Positions 27,452-41,167 are shown, numbered from the stretch's first letter. The stretch: 64,000 nucleotides of DNA from the human T2T-CHM13v2.0 reference genome, Homo sapiens (GCF_009914755.1 NC_060945.1), one strand, 5' to 3'. A program made the numbers and translations. Notes: a model not told the origin generated them from the letters alone.

Positions 27452-30400
27452 GTAAACCCACATTAACTGTTTCCTCTCCCTTTCTGTGCGGTGATTCTCT
27501 TTGTGGGGAGTCACGATGTTTGACAGCGGAACTTTGTTGGGTTTTGCTAAGTTCTGGAATGTGACAGTAAATCCAGTGTGACCTGTCATTGTTTGATCTT
27601 GTCATTTGGCACTGCGCAGTAAGCACTGGCTTCCCCCAAGCAGAATGCCATCAGGGCTAAGTGGAGGCTGAGTGTGATGGGGCTGGTCCGCATCAGCTGG
27701 GAGGATAATGTTCAGTATTAAGCTCTCTTCCTGCCTGTAACTGACTTACGCTTTGGAGTAAACTTTCTTGATTAGATCATTATGGTCATTGATTTTTAAA
27801 TGCCCAAGAATGGTAGCAATATTTTGCCTGTATAAACAGAAGTATTCTGGTGATAATCGCCCCAGAATATTGGATATTATTAGAAAGTTTTTAGAATTTC
27901 TGGTTTTGCCCACACAGTAGAAAGACACAAGATCTAAGGGATGGGTACACTTTTGGCTAGGCCTTAGAATCTCCGTTGATCAGGACTGAATTTAAGTGCT
28001 GTTATCCGTATGAATTGGAAGTGCTCTCACTGTTGTTAAATAGAGCCCTAAAAATTTGATCACATAAACTGTGGTCTTAAGATAGTGCAAGTTGAATGGA
28101 ATGGTGGGGTGGACCTACCACAGAGCATGGGAGTCAGTCTTGTAGGAGCCACTTGCACGTTAGTGGAGAGTTTCAGGGTATAAATGGAGTCATTTAACAG
28201 ATCCAATGCACATTTAAAAAAACCAACAAGAATTAACTCCTTTTTTTTTTAAGTGTTGACAGTCAATTCACAGTTATTTTCTTTTTCTCCTCATACCTCC
28301 TAGGTACTGAGAGAGAAAAGGCTGGCAGGGAGCCTGTAGGGGCCGCTTTCTCAGGAGTGAGCAAGTGGACAAAGTTCTCTCTCTCTTTCAAATGCCAGTA
28401 GTAGAGTGTATACTGGGCTCTTACATGTGCGGCTCCGTGTACTCGGAGCTGCTCTGGGAGCGAGGCTGGGCCTGGTGCCCTGCTCTAGGAGTCCTGCCCT
28501 TGGCCTGCTCACCTCTCCTGCAGCTCCCAGAAATGATTTTATTTGCTTGGGTTTTGTTTTTTTAAGGGGTGGCATTGTTTTGCTTTTTGGTTTTTCTTGC
28601 TGCGGTCTTGAGAGCAGCTAAGTGGAATTCCCATGGATGGATTTACATAAGTCTGCCCACCCTTGGAGAATCTGGCAGAAGCCCGGAAGAAAGTAATTTT
28701 GCCCTGCGAGACAGCTGGCATATTGGACTTTTCAGACCTGGAAACAGAGAATTCAATTCTTCTCCAGGCCAGCAAGTCGAGTCCAATGAGAGTCATACAG
28801 ATGATATTTCAGGGGAATTGGGTAAAACACTAAAAGCCAAACTCAATTTCTACTACCGTGCATGAAAACTCTTAAAGTGACTTTACCTTTTGGATCAGTT
28901 AAAATACGAAAGCCATTACTTGTAATGTATTTTAATAAGTTACAGTTTTCTACTTTAATAAAACCATCCGAAATAAATTTTAGGAAAACACACAGTGACT
29001 TTTTTTTTTAAGGTAAGTGGAGTTGTAAGGTACTTTCTTAACCACAGTCTTAAATTATTAGCCACAGAAGAACTAGCAGTACTAGAAATTTTTAGATATA
29101 CATCTAGCTATACTATTCAATAATAATGAAAAAAAAACCTGAAAACTCAGCTCTTTCGTCCTACTTGAATACAGAATTCAGTGTAAAAGCAAAATATCCG
29201 ACCCAACCTAACACCAGACCCAGCTTCAGATACCAGAACTGACGTCTGGGCATGGGGAGAGTCGTCCCATCCTGCTTCCCTTCTCTGTATGGGCAGGTCT
29301 GGGGCACAGTCTGGGGGACTTTATAGGTGCAGGGAGGACAGAACATGGCCTTCTGAATCCATCTCAGCTTATGGGGCTGGCTGTGGTTTTTCAAAGGGAG
29401 CACATTGAAACTACTTGAACTCTAGGGTACTGCCAATTGCCTTGTTCTTTTTATGGAGTATAGGGAGTAGATTCTAAGCCTGTACTAGGAAAGTTAACTG
29501 GTCACTGGAGTCTTGTTTCATTGGTATTCCTTTTTTTGATATGCAGCCTATTGAAAAATAGTGAGAGATTGCTTTTGTATAACTTTGTTCGTTAATAAAG
29601 CAGAATCAGAGTAAAAATTTAACCCGAACTTTTCCTGGTAAATGTTTCTTAAATTTCAATAAGCAAAATAAAGAGACTGTAAGTTGTGTTCCTGGTAGAT
29701 AAATGGCATATTTTTATTCTTTCAGTAACTCATGTTTTGTTTATTAAGCCTTTTGTTTTGTTTTAATTGGAATGCTTAATTTACTGCAAGATAGACTCAA
29801 GCATAAATTAATTTAGAATAAAGTACTTTGTAACAACAGATTCCGTTCTGGCTCCTGTCCTGCCTCTCGTGGTCTCTGTTGTTGGCTTACTTGGCTGGTT
29901 TAAAATTCCATGAGTATCCCAGAGAGGAATTCAACCCCAGAGCACTTTTTAAACACTTGATAGTTGGGAAGAAATATGCTCTGCCTCTATGCATTGATAG
30001 AGAAATTTCAATGTATAAACTCTGTGAAATTGGGTGGAAAGGCCACACAGGACAGCCACTGCCTCTTTGGATAGAGAGGGGTGAATAGGATGGGGGAAGA
30101 GAGGTTCCAGTTGTCCCTGTTAGTTTTTTAAAAAAGAAAGCTCCTGAAGCAAATGTGCAAAATATTAATATTTTAATGTGTTAAAACCGGGTAGTAGGCT
30201 CGTGAGTTATATTCCCTGTACTTTTTATGTGTGAAATATTTCATAATTAGCCATGTGAAAATAAGTCCGAGCTTAGTGTTTAGGATGTAAACTAACAGTC
30301 TTCCTAGCCTGGAACCTCCTCTTAGATTTGACCAGGTCCGAGAAGTGCCTGTGCTTGGAGCCCTCTGGGCTCTTACAGGCGCCATACTCTGCTGTTTTTT

Positions 30401-30615
30401 TCTCTTATAGAAATGAGTAAAAGCCACATGTTTTAATTATTTTTTTCCATGTTTTCCTGATCTATATCCTTGTGTCAGGTGATACAGTGCTATGTTTTCC
30501 CAGAATGAAAAGTGGGGCTTTGGGGCTCAAGCGGGTTTGTATCATCATTAATCGTTTTTAAAGTTGCATGATCAAAACTTCAGCATGCAAATGAGACCTT
30601 TTGCTCTGTTTTAAG

Positions 30616-30661
30616 GGCTCTGGAACTGCTGGGAAAACAGGGAGTTTAGGAAAAAAACCTG
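30616..30661 (+). CDS. ITSN1: ITSN1 exon 26: SH3C-SH3D linker (GSGTAGKTGSLGKKP)
   Basis: ctctgttttaag acceptor, CTG|gtaagt donor; 46 nt; exons 25+26 total 213 nt, a frame-preserving cassette. Confidence 0.93.
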
Positions 30662-30915
30662 GTAAGTTACAAACCCTGATGCTTACTTTTCAATGTTTTG
30701 AATGTAATTGATAGTTGCTCCCCATCTTTGTGTATTAGGGCCAGAAGCCTAAAATAAAAAGAATCTTTCCTAAGAGTGGTGAGAGTAAGTCCTTTCCTTG
30801 GAATCCATTAATAATTTTACTTGGTTATGAGATTTGTCTGTTGCTTCACACATGAAGAGTGGAGACGTTACCTAACAGAATGTTCTCTTGGGTTGTCGAG
30901 AAATAATTCAGGTGA

Positions 30916-31235
30916 GGCCAGGCACGGTGGCTCATGCCTGTAATCCCAGCAGTTTTGGAGACCGAGGCAGGTGGATCATTTGAGGTCAGGAGTTTAAGAC
31001 CAGCCTGGCCAACAGGGGAATCCCGGTCTGTACCAAAAAATAGAAAAATTAGCCAGGCATAGTGGCATACACCTGTAATCCCAGCTACTCGAGAGGCTGA
31101 GGCAGGGGAATCACTTGAACCCGGGAGGCCAAGGTGGCAGTGAGCCGAGGTTGCTCCACTTCACTCCAGCCTGGGCGATAGAACAAGACTCTATCTCAAA
31201 AAATAAAATAAAATAAAATAAAATAAATATATAGA
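30916..31235 (+). mobile_element. AluS
   Basis: Dimer with (taaaa)n tail; flanking aaataattcagg repeat. Confidence 0.9.
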
Positions 31236-33421
31236 TAAATAATTCAGGCAAGATGCTGGGAAGTTATAATACATGGAGCTGTAGGATTATGGGCTCAGCT
31301 GCTTCTCCGTCTTCCTCTTAGGCTTGGTTAGCCCTTTTTCATTTCATAACAATGCATTCCCAGGACACAAACAATGGAGAAGATTAGAGTGTAGGTCCCA
31401 TTAATGTAGAAGCCATAGGATGGTTTTCCTCGGTACACATTGAAGGTACAAAATTGTAGTCATGCCTCTGAATCCAAAGTGTTTTAGTTTATTTCAGTAA
31501 AATCACATGTGCTATAAATAGCACGAAAAAGAAAAGAAAGAAGCGGATGTGAAATAATACGGTTTCTGTGGCACGTCTTCCTGGTCTAGGTCATTTGAAC
31601 TTTTTGGCTATCATATTCTTAGAAAATTATAGGTTGAAACAGTCACTGAATTGCCAAGAGACGGATTTGCTTGTCTGTCTGGTGCCCAGCTCCAACTGGG
31701 CTTACATGGCTAGGGAAAAGAAGGGAAATTTCACGTAGTCTAGGATTTTATTTTAGTCAGATAAATACTGGATGGAGTATTTAGTCAGATAAATACAGTG
31801 GATGGAGATACATTGGACCACCCCACCAAATCTCCGTTTTAAGTGTAAGTTTTCTAAGTTTTGTACACTTGTCATTCCAGAGGGTCCAGATATTTCATAG
31901 ATGAAGCCCAGGTGGGCTTTGCTTTGCACTGAAACTAGCAAGAAAGGACACAAAAGACTGCAGAGAATGTTGGGGCAGATTGCTGGCTGCGTATGCCAGG
32001 TCCCTTGAGGAGCAAGAACATCCAGTGCCAAATAGGACACTAGTTTGGTCTTTCTCCAAACCATAAACTCTTGGAACCAAGAGCTGGTCTTTGGTGTGTT
32101 GCAGGAGAGTCCTCATCCCAGCGTAGACATCCCAGCTGGAGCTCCCAGTCAGAGCCTAGGCTGGGCCAGTAGACCATGCTGTGGCCTTTCTTGCTTGCCC
32201 CAAGCTCTGCAAAGCATCAGGCAGGGCCAGGCCTGCACCATGACCGCCAGGTGCTTCTATCCTGGTGGCCGACCCCTGATAGCATGCAGAACAGAATGAG
32301 AGCGGCTTGCTTAAGGGCCAGAGTCTTACTTGTTCCCTGGAGTGAGTAGAAAAGTAGGAAATCTCGTCAGAACATGAGACCTTTTTGCGTTCTTCCTTTC
32401 CATTCTTCTTTACTTCATTCCCTCTTTCTTCTTTTTTTTCTGTCCTTCTTTCCTTCTTTTCTCCTTTCGTTCACAAACCACACTTGGAGAGCAAGGGTAG
32501 AGGAGCAGAACAGTTTGTTCTCTATTGCTTCTAGAAGTTCAGAAAGCAGTAGTTGCAGATGAGCCAGAACTCAGGCAGAGAAGGGTTCTGTCTCTTCATA
32601 CTCAGTCTCCTGGGCCCGTGGAAATGGTGTGTTTCAGAGCCTGGTCTGTGGTACCGCTGGAGTTTTTCCCATGGGACTTTTCACATTCAGGAAAAGTACA
32701 GAACTGTTCACATTTTTTTCCCTGTGCTGAATTGTTTTTGCATAAAGTTCCCTTCTTAACTCCAGGTCCCTCCTGTAACGTGAAATAAAAAGAAAGAAAT
32801 TTGCCCTGCCATGATTTGCACCTGATATTCAGGGATCACTCTCAAAATGTGAGCCATAAAGAAGAAGGCTGTGTCGTTGGGAGTGAGAATCTGCAGCAAC
32901 AACATAGAAATAAGCCCCTGCCGGGCTCCCAGTGGTTTCTGAGGAAAATGGGCTTCTCTTTCTACTGTACTTGGCAGCTAGAAAAGCTATTGAGTCCTTT
33001 AGTCACTTCAAAGTAGCACTTTAGCCATTGGGTGCTACTGTGCTGGGGTGGGTGGTGAATGAGGCCCCACCCTTGGCCTCAGGGCATTCTGGGTAATTAT
33101 GGGAGGGGTGTGACAGAAGGTGCCAGGAGTGGGCAAGGAGCGGACTTCGTGGAGGGAAGTTGGTAAGTAAGTTTCACGGGATGACAAGGGAGTCTGCAGC
33201 CCACTGAGGGCTCAAGGATCAGCCAGGCCCTTGAATGCCGTGTCTGCCTGGTAGCTCTGGGAACGGGCGATTCAGGGAGCCTTACTCGTTGGGTAGAAAT
33301 CCAGCTCAATACATTGGTTTTGATGTGTTCATCTGTGAACCTGGGAGGCGCCTGCATCTTCTTGGCCTTTTCTCCTGCTGACTCTTAACAGTGCACTGCC
33401 GTGTTTGATCTTGTTTTTCAG

Positions 33422-33543
33422 AAATTGCCCAGGTTATTGCCTCATACACCGCCACCGGCCCCGAGCAGCTCACTCTCGCCCCTGGTCAGCTGATTTTGAT
33501 CCGAAAAAAGAACCCAGGTGGATGGTGGGAAGGAGAGCTGCAA
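33422..33543 (+). CDS. ITSN1: ITSN1 exon 27: N-part of SH3D ([41 protein letters not shown])
   Basis: ttgtttttcag acceptor, CAA|gtcagt donor; 122 nt; the ORF track does not show this frame. Confidence 0.96.
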
Positions 33544-34399
33544 GTCAGTGTCTTTTTTGTTTATTTACAATTCTCCATCCAAGTTTCAATACACAAAATC
33601 TCAAAGGGACGCTATTTTATTGTAAAGTACAAACCACCCCTCACCACCTAAATTCTGTATTTGGATAGTGAGAGATGCCAAATTTTCTGTGTTTGTTTGG
33701 TTCCTAAGTTTCAGACAGCCGGTAACAGATTTCTGAGAGCTAGGAGCGCATACGAAAACATATCTTTCCCATTCCTGAATTCAGATAGAGTCGGCATAGT
33801 GAGAACTCATATGACGAGGGATGCCTGCATATCCTTATGTGCCTTGGCATTAGAGAGTGGAGCTTTTCATCAGTGGTATTAGAAGGTGTGGCACAAGAGC
33901 AGATTTCTTTGCATTCAAAGCCACATCCATACATCACAGTATTTTTAGTTCCCGTGTGTGTGCGCGCACGTGTGTGTGTGTGTATTGTTAATCATATCAT
34001 CTTGTTTACACATTTTACCATTCCAGATACTTCCTATAAGTCTCATTTCCAGAGACAAAGATGCTTTAAAAAGATTACTGTTACGCAGTTCTCATGGTAA
34101 AACTTCTTAGAATCATTGGTGGATGCCCAATCTGCAAGAAAATTTTCAGTAGGAGCAGAAAATGTGCATGGTCTTGAAGTGACCCCCACAGATCACTCAT
34201 GATCTGCAGGGGAAAACACAATAATTATAGAGTGGGGAACTAGGACAAGACCTGAATGAGGTGATCAGAATGATGAGCAGTGGGGAGACCAGAGGACATG
34301 GTGTGTGTACAGCTGTGCCGGGAGGGAGGAGGGAGGGAGTGACTGGTCTTCAAAACCGTCAGGATCATAAAAGACAAAACCTGTCGAAAGGGGGCTAAA

Positions 34400-34860
34400 G
34401 AGGCGTGAGGACTGGCTGCAGTATCTAGACTCAGTGCAGTATCTAGACCCTGTGTGAAAGAAAACCACGCTGTCAAGGACATTTTTGGGATAATGGACAA
34501 AATTGGGTTATGGACACTACATTAGACAAAATTACTGTACCAGTGTAAAATTTACAGAAAGCAATAACTGTACTGTGGTTATATAAGAGAATATTCTTAT
34601 TTTTAGGAGATACGTGTTGAAGTATTTAGGGGTAGAGTTAAGATGTAAGCAACTTGCAATCAGATGAATCAAAAAAAGAACTTGCAGAGAAGAGGGTGGG
34701 GGGGGAGGGAGGGAGAACGCGCACAAATGAGGGAGCAGCTGCTGCCAAGTGTTGACAGTAGGTGAATTCGGGTAAAGGGCCTATGGGTGTTCTGTGTGCT
34801 TTTCTTATTCTTGCCAATTTTCCTGAGTTTGAAATCATTTCTAAATAAAAAGTTGCCTTT
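34400..34860 (+). mobile_element. Old L1 (L1MC/MD-like) 3' UTR remnant
   Basis: gacatttttgggataat..gtggttatataagagaat..tttttaggagatac..gaagtatttagggg..ttttcctgagtttgaaatcatttctaaataaaaagt. Confidence 0.7.
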
Positions 34861-37383
34861 AAAAAGTTACTACTATAGCAGTTACTTGAGAGGTAAGCCA
34901 GCTGACTTTTCATACAGAAAGTGTGTCTCCCTCCCCGCATCCTCCCCCATCCAAAGTGAAGATCAGCCTCAGACTGCCAGGCGGGCACCTGGCCACCTGC
35001 TTCATAGCTTAGTGAAGGACAGGGCTTGCTCCCTGGCTTGCCCACATGGGGCCTATGGAAGGACTGAATTTTCCAGCAGCCGTCCGTCTCTCTGGCGTTT
35101 GTTGAACGTGGGCCTCTGCGTAACACAGGGGGGCCTCAGTAAGGCTTGAACGGATATAGGAAGGAATGGTTTCTGGAATGCTTTGTGAGGAAGGGGCCCA
35201 TGGGAACCCTTTGGTGGCTATTAGTGGGCCTGTAGACTGACTTACCCAATCTGCTGGTATTTGTCTGCCCATGAGCAGGACGGTATGGAACTACGTAAGT
35301 TTGAGGGGGAAGAGGGAGGCAGGAAACCTTTGCCATGCAGTGGACTAGCCACGGAAGACAGACCCTCAGGTGCTCCTGAGGAATGGAGGTTGGAACAGCA
35401 GGAGCAGGAAGGAAGAAGGCCTTGCTGGGGAAGGCCTCGGGTCTCACACAGTCCCGTCTACCACTCTGTGGAAGTGAGCCTGAGGCCAGGACAGGAAGAG
35501 CCACACTGGAGAGCTGAATATATAAGAAACGCATCTTGGCCAGAATAGAAGGCACAACCTGGAGTGTAACTAAAGATGAAACTTTCCCTGGAGAGTTTGC
35601 TGATGGACACCCATAAATGTCCAGATACTACTCACTGGTTAAGGAATCTGACCTCTGGAGGCCTGGAAATCCACTCCTTTTTGTCAGCATGCCTTCTCCT
35701 GTGCTGGGGAGGGAGAGGCCTCCTTAGACCCTCGGGTCCCACTCCCTGCTTAGAGTTGTGCTGTATCACCCATTGGTCCTTCCAGCATCATGCCCCTGTC
35801 CTGTTCTGGAGACGTGGGAGACTCCCATCGCCTGTCCTCCTTGCCTGCCAGGGGAAGGCTTCCTGCGGGGCCCCTCTCCCCGGTGCAGCCTCACGTCTTA
35901 CCGCTGAGCAATGACGTCTCCACTCCAGCCTCTTTGAAACACCAGCACCCCCTGCTCTCCTGCCTTGCTGCCTTTGTTCATGACATTTCTCACCAGCGGC
36001 CAACCAGCTCCAACCTCTCCACTTTCGCAAGAGCTGGGAGATCCCACTTCTGGAAGCTCTCTGTGACCATCCCAACCAGAAGCACCGTGTCCCTCCCCTG
36101 AGCTCCAGCACTGGCCCCGTGCCGGCACCACTCTTTAGTATTTTATATTACTTTGCTTTCTGTGCACATTTCTTACTTCCACATGTAGCTGACTAGCACC
36201 TTGGAGGCAGCAGCCGTATTTTTCAGTCCCCACACCTCTAGCACTGTGCTTAAGTGAGTGTTTGAGTGGTTCTTAGGATTCTCAATAAAGTGGCTGAGTT
36301 GCCATGACCCAGGAGAGCTCCTGGCGCTGTCACCAGAGTGACTCTCAGCGTGGATCCACAAATGAGGAAACACCAGTGAGTTCTGTGCTGTGCTGCAGAG
36401 GTGTGGGAAAGAGTGGTGTCATTGCGAGCAGAATGGTGGTATACTCGGTAGATAAACGTGGAAATTTGTAACCAGATGGCTTCAGTCATCGGCAGGTTCA
36501 CTGTAAACATAAAAGCTTTAGTCCTTGAGCCAAGGGGATGGAATCTATCAGACCTCAAGGAAAGGGAAACCTGCTCTGTGTTCTGAAAATGACCTAGAGG
36601 TATCCCTCTTGATAAACTGGCAGGTGGGAGGGCAGAGGTAATGTGGTGGAAGTTTTCTTTTCTTTTAGTTTTATTTCCTTATTTTGGGAATAGGTAATTA
36701 TAGTCACATGGTTTAAAATTCAAAAGTTACAAGGGGATATAAATGTCTCCCTCCCACCTTGTCCCCAGAGGTGGCTGTTTCGATCAGAGCCTTGTTTCTA
36801 GACGTGTGTGTGTGTATGTGTACGCATGTGTGTGTATGCACAAGTAGTTTTGGGTTCTCTTTTCTTGGTGGTGTACAGAAGGGTAGTCAAAGCCCGACTC
36901 ATGATCCCTAACTCGAGTCTTTTAATGGGATTGTGTCCTAACTGCAAAACCCGCCTCACCAACTTTGTTATAAACTCCCCGGGTTTATAGGGACAGTCAT
37001 CTACTGTCCCTTCCTAACAGCATGGTGCAGAAACACTCCATAAATGAGTCTTGTGTTGAATCAGATTGAATTAAGTGAGAAAGGAATGGCGGTGAAAAAT
37101 GTGGCTTTAGTCATCACATGGGCCTACGGGTTTGTGAAAGTAACATTGAGTCTCCTTGTGTTCTGTGTGTACTGCATGTATGTCATCTTGCATCTAAGGA
37201 TGTATATTACCCATAAAGGAGCATGCAGACACATGAGTGCATCTTGGCTTGCCACTAACTGCCTGTGGCCTTGGGGCTGTCACTCAACTTTTCATCTGGA
37301 AATTGAGAATAATAATACTATTATCCTTCTGGAATTGTGTGCATAAATGCACAGGGCCTGGCTCATAAAAAGTACTCAGTGAG

Positions 37384-37776
<393 letters not shown>

Positions 37777-38104
37777 CTACATTACCTGAAATTAACAGCT
37801 GAGTGCTAGCATTACATGAGTAGAATTTCCTGTCCCAGGCAATCCATGGTATATCTTAATTTTGTGATCCACACAGTCTAGCCGAAGCAAAAACATTCTG
37901 GGCTTTGCTGACCAGTGATTGCCACAATTTGAATTTTTAGCTATGGTGTTTTACTTTTGTGACATAGTAATCCATAGATTTTACCGTTAATGTCATTTGT
38001 TTTTCAGTTATATGTAAGCTTTACATAAGTGCTCTGTTATAAAGTGAGCTGTATTATAAAAGATGCGCCTTTAAAAATGTTTGATGTAATTATTTTCTTA
38101 CTAG

Positions 38105-38222
38105 GCACGTGGGAAAAAGCGCCAGATAGGCTGGTTCCCAGCTAATTATGTAAAGCTTCTAAGCCCTGGGACGAGCAAAATCACTCCAACAGAGCCACCT
38201 AAGTCAACAGCATTAGCGGCAG
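38105..38222 (+). CDS. ITSN1: ITSN1 exon 28: C-part of SH3D and linker ([22 protein letters not shown]...TALAA)
   Basis: ttttcttactag acceptor, CAG|gtaagg donor; 118 nt; GWFPANY signature. Confidence 0.96.
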
Positions 38223-39385
38223 GTAAGGAGTTTCGCATCTCTAACTGGAAGATGGTCTGCATGCCACTTGAGTTTTTCCACTTGATTTTCTCATTAAATA
38301 TCTTAGGTTGTTTTTCACATGTGCTTTAAAGCACTTCCTGTACTTGCTGGGACTGACACCCAACTAATGTGATATGGAATATGTCTTTCAAAAGGACCAG
38401 ATATCTAAGTGGCTTTTCTGTGCTGGATACAACAGAACCCTTGTTGGAATGCTCTTCTTGCAGGAGTCATGAATGCTGTGGCATTAAGGCCACATTTTCC
38501 TCTTGATTTCCTTCCAGCCATTTAAATTGGGGTTTAGGCTAGGGGGTGAGGTGACAGAAAGGGACACCCAAAAATAAACGGCTGGGGTCTCAGTAGGTCA
38601 TGAGATGGAGCTGGGGGCCACGGGGGTTGGGGGGCTATAATGTGGTGTTCACTGAAGACCAAAATAGCTCCCCTGTGACATTCACTGTGGGCAGAGGGGG
38701 CTTCGCTGGGCAGGCAGGATGTTGTACTCACTTTCCTGGAGGACTGGAAAAGAACAGAGCACAGCAGTTGGCCCAGTTGGCTATTTTCTGATTGAAGGGA
38801 CCAAATGAGATGCTTCAGCAAGATCTGAGAGAGGTGAGGTCAGGGGGAGCAGATTTCTGCTTTAGGTCTTTAAGCCATCATTCTTGGTTGGCTTTTGTGG
38901 AAAGTGTAGAATTTTTGTTCCAATACCTTGTGGTTAAATATCTGTGCTGTATGTACCCAGTGAGATAAGATTAAAAACTGGCAGCCTTCTCAAGAAATTA
39001 AAGGATGGGCAAACTTTGTGATGAGCCGCAGTCCCCACTGGGCCTCTTTGCTTGAGCTGTGGCCTTGTGTAGGCTGAGGAATGTGGTTCCCGCAGGGTTT
39101 GCTGTCCCCTGGAGAGATGTGTCAGTATCCCTCCACTTCCATGTACAGCCCCTTCCTCAGGCCCGCTGAAATTAGTTGCTGAAGTGATTGAATTAGCTGG
39201 AGAATTTAAAAAGCCTAAACCTATTTATTAATAGGTTGGTTAAGAAAGATTCATAGGGACTGTGACCTGTTGGTGCAGACTCATCTGAAGTAGAAGTGCC
39301 AAAGAATGAGAACAATTTTACCTCCTGTAAGCTTGAGAGAAAATGAGAAAAGAAAAATTGTTCTTGAGGGTGGAGATTTCTTTCA

Positions 39386-39773
<388 letters not shown>

Positions 39774-40238
39774 CTAAGATTTGGAATTCTTGGAGGTCAA
39801 ATGATGATTACCTTCCACTTTAAACCAAAAAGGAAAAATGATAGTAAAGTCCCCATGATACATAGCTGTCCTGTGCAGCAGAAGATAGGATGGGGTTGGG
39901 CTGGTCTTTCCAGAGTCAGCAGTAGGAAGGAGTTCCGCTGCACTCAAAACGAAAGCCCTCGATTAGCACTGTACATTTTCTGCTGACAAGTAAACATGAA
40001 AAAGAGGACGATATCATAAAAACTAAAGACTTAGTGTGAAAATTTTGTTGTTGTCTTAGTTTTTAATTCTTCACCTTTATTGCCCACACTGTAAAAAGCC
40101 CAACAGAACAGTTCCACCTACTGTCACCCTCTTCTGAAAGGACAGAAATAGTAGCTGGGAATGTTGAATGGCTGCGCGGTACCCGTTGTGCATTCTCCGG
40201 CGGGTGTGCAGCCGCTCACCCAGCCCTGTCTCCTGCAG

Positions 40239-40430
40239 TGTGCCAGGTGATTGGGATGTACGACTACACCGCGCAGAATGACGATGAGCTGGCCTTCAAC
40301 AAGGGCCAGATCATCAACGTCCTCAACAAGGAGGACCCTGACTGGTGGAAAGGAGAAGTCAATGGACAAGTGGGGCTCTTCCCATCCAATTATGTGAAGC
40401 TGACCACAGACATGGACCCAAGCCAGCAAT
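40239..40430 (+). CDS. ITSN1: ITSN1 exon 29: SH3E ([20 protein letters not shown]...[18 protein letters not shown])
   Basis: ctgtctcctgcag acceptor, AAT|gtaagt donor; 192 nt; ends with a single T of the next codon. Confidence 0.97.
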
Positions 40431-41148
40431 GTAAGTGCCCTGGTGGCTCTGTCGCCTCGCCTCTCTGGTATCTTCCCGTAAAACATGCAGCATTGCTCTG
40501 ATTCTGCTGAGCTTTGTTTGCAGAACTTAAAGCTAGACCATTGCTGCATTCGCAGTCGTCTCTTTGAAGACCTTCTGTAATGCAAGAGTTTATCTCATGG
40601 GGTTTTATTTCTCTTTAATTTTCATTCCTTCTGTAGCATGTCCCCTCCCTCCCCTCCCTCCTTTTTCCTTTTTTTTTTTAAATCATTTTGGCACCATGCT
40701 GTTTACATGCCTGACTCATTTTCCTAGCTTGAATTTTGCTCATTGTTTTGTTTTGCTTATGTGTTGTTTTCCTCCTTTTTCTAGGAATCATATGTTGTCC
40801 ATCCCCCCCTCAGGCTTGAAAGTCCTCAAAGAGACCCACTATCCCATATCACTGCCCAGAGGGATGATGGGAGATGCAGCCTTGATCATGTGACTTCCAG
40901 CATGATCACCTACTGCCTTCTGAGTAGAAGAACTCACTGCAGAGCAGTTTACCTCATTTTACCTTAGTTGCATGTGATCGCAATGTTTGAGTTATTACTT
41001 GCAGAGATAGGAGCAAAAATTACAAAAACACACAGGGTAGTGGGTCCTTTTGTGGCTTTCCTAGTTACTCAAATTGACTTTCCCCCACCTTTGCACAGGT
41101 GCTTTCAATAGTTTTAAAATTATTTTTAAATATATATTTTAGCTTTTT

Positions 41149-41167
41149 AATAAACAAAATAAATAAA
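41149..41167 (+). terminator. Proximal poly(A) signal cluster in ITSN1-S 3' UTR
   Basis: Three AATAAA hexamers (41149, 41158, 41162) followed by a U/GU-rich stretch. Confidence 0.55.

Noticed and set aside
31752-31810. Short direct repeat tttagtcagataaatac...tggatggag x2
   Set aside because: Ordinary small tandem duplication far from splice sites, no functional clue
37044-37346. 100-aa ATG ORF with a hydrophobic segment
   Set aside because: Flanked by and partly made of L2/MIR-like sequence; no promoter, splice or homology support visible
40785-40792. Programmed stop-codon readthrough of ITSN1-S
   Set aside because: Context is UGA-AUCA, not the UGA-CUAG readthrough motif
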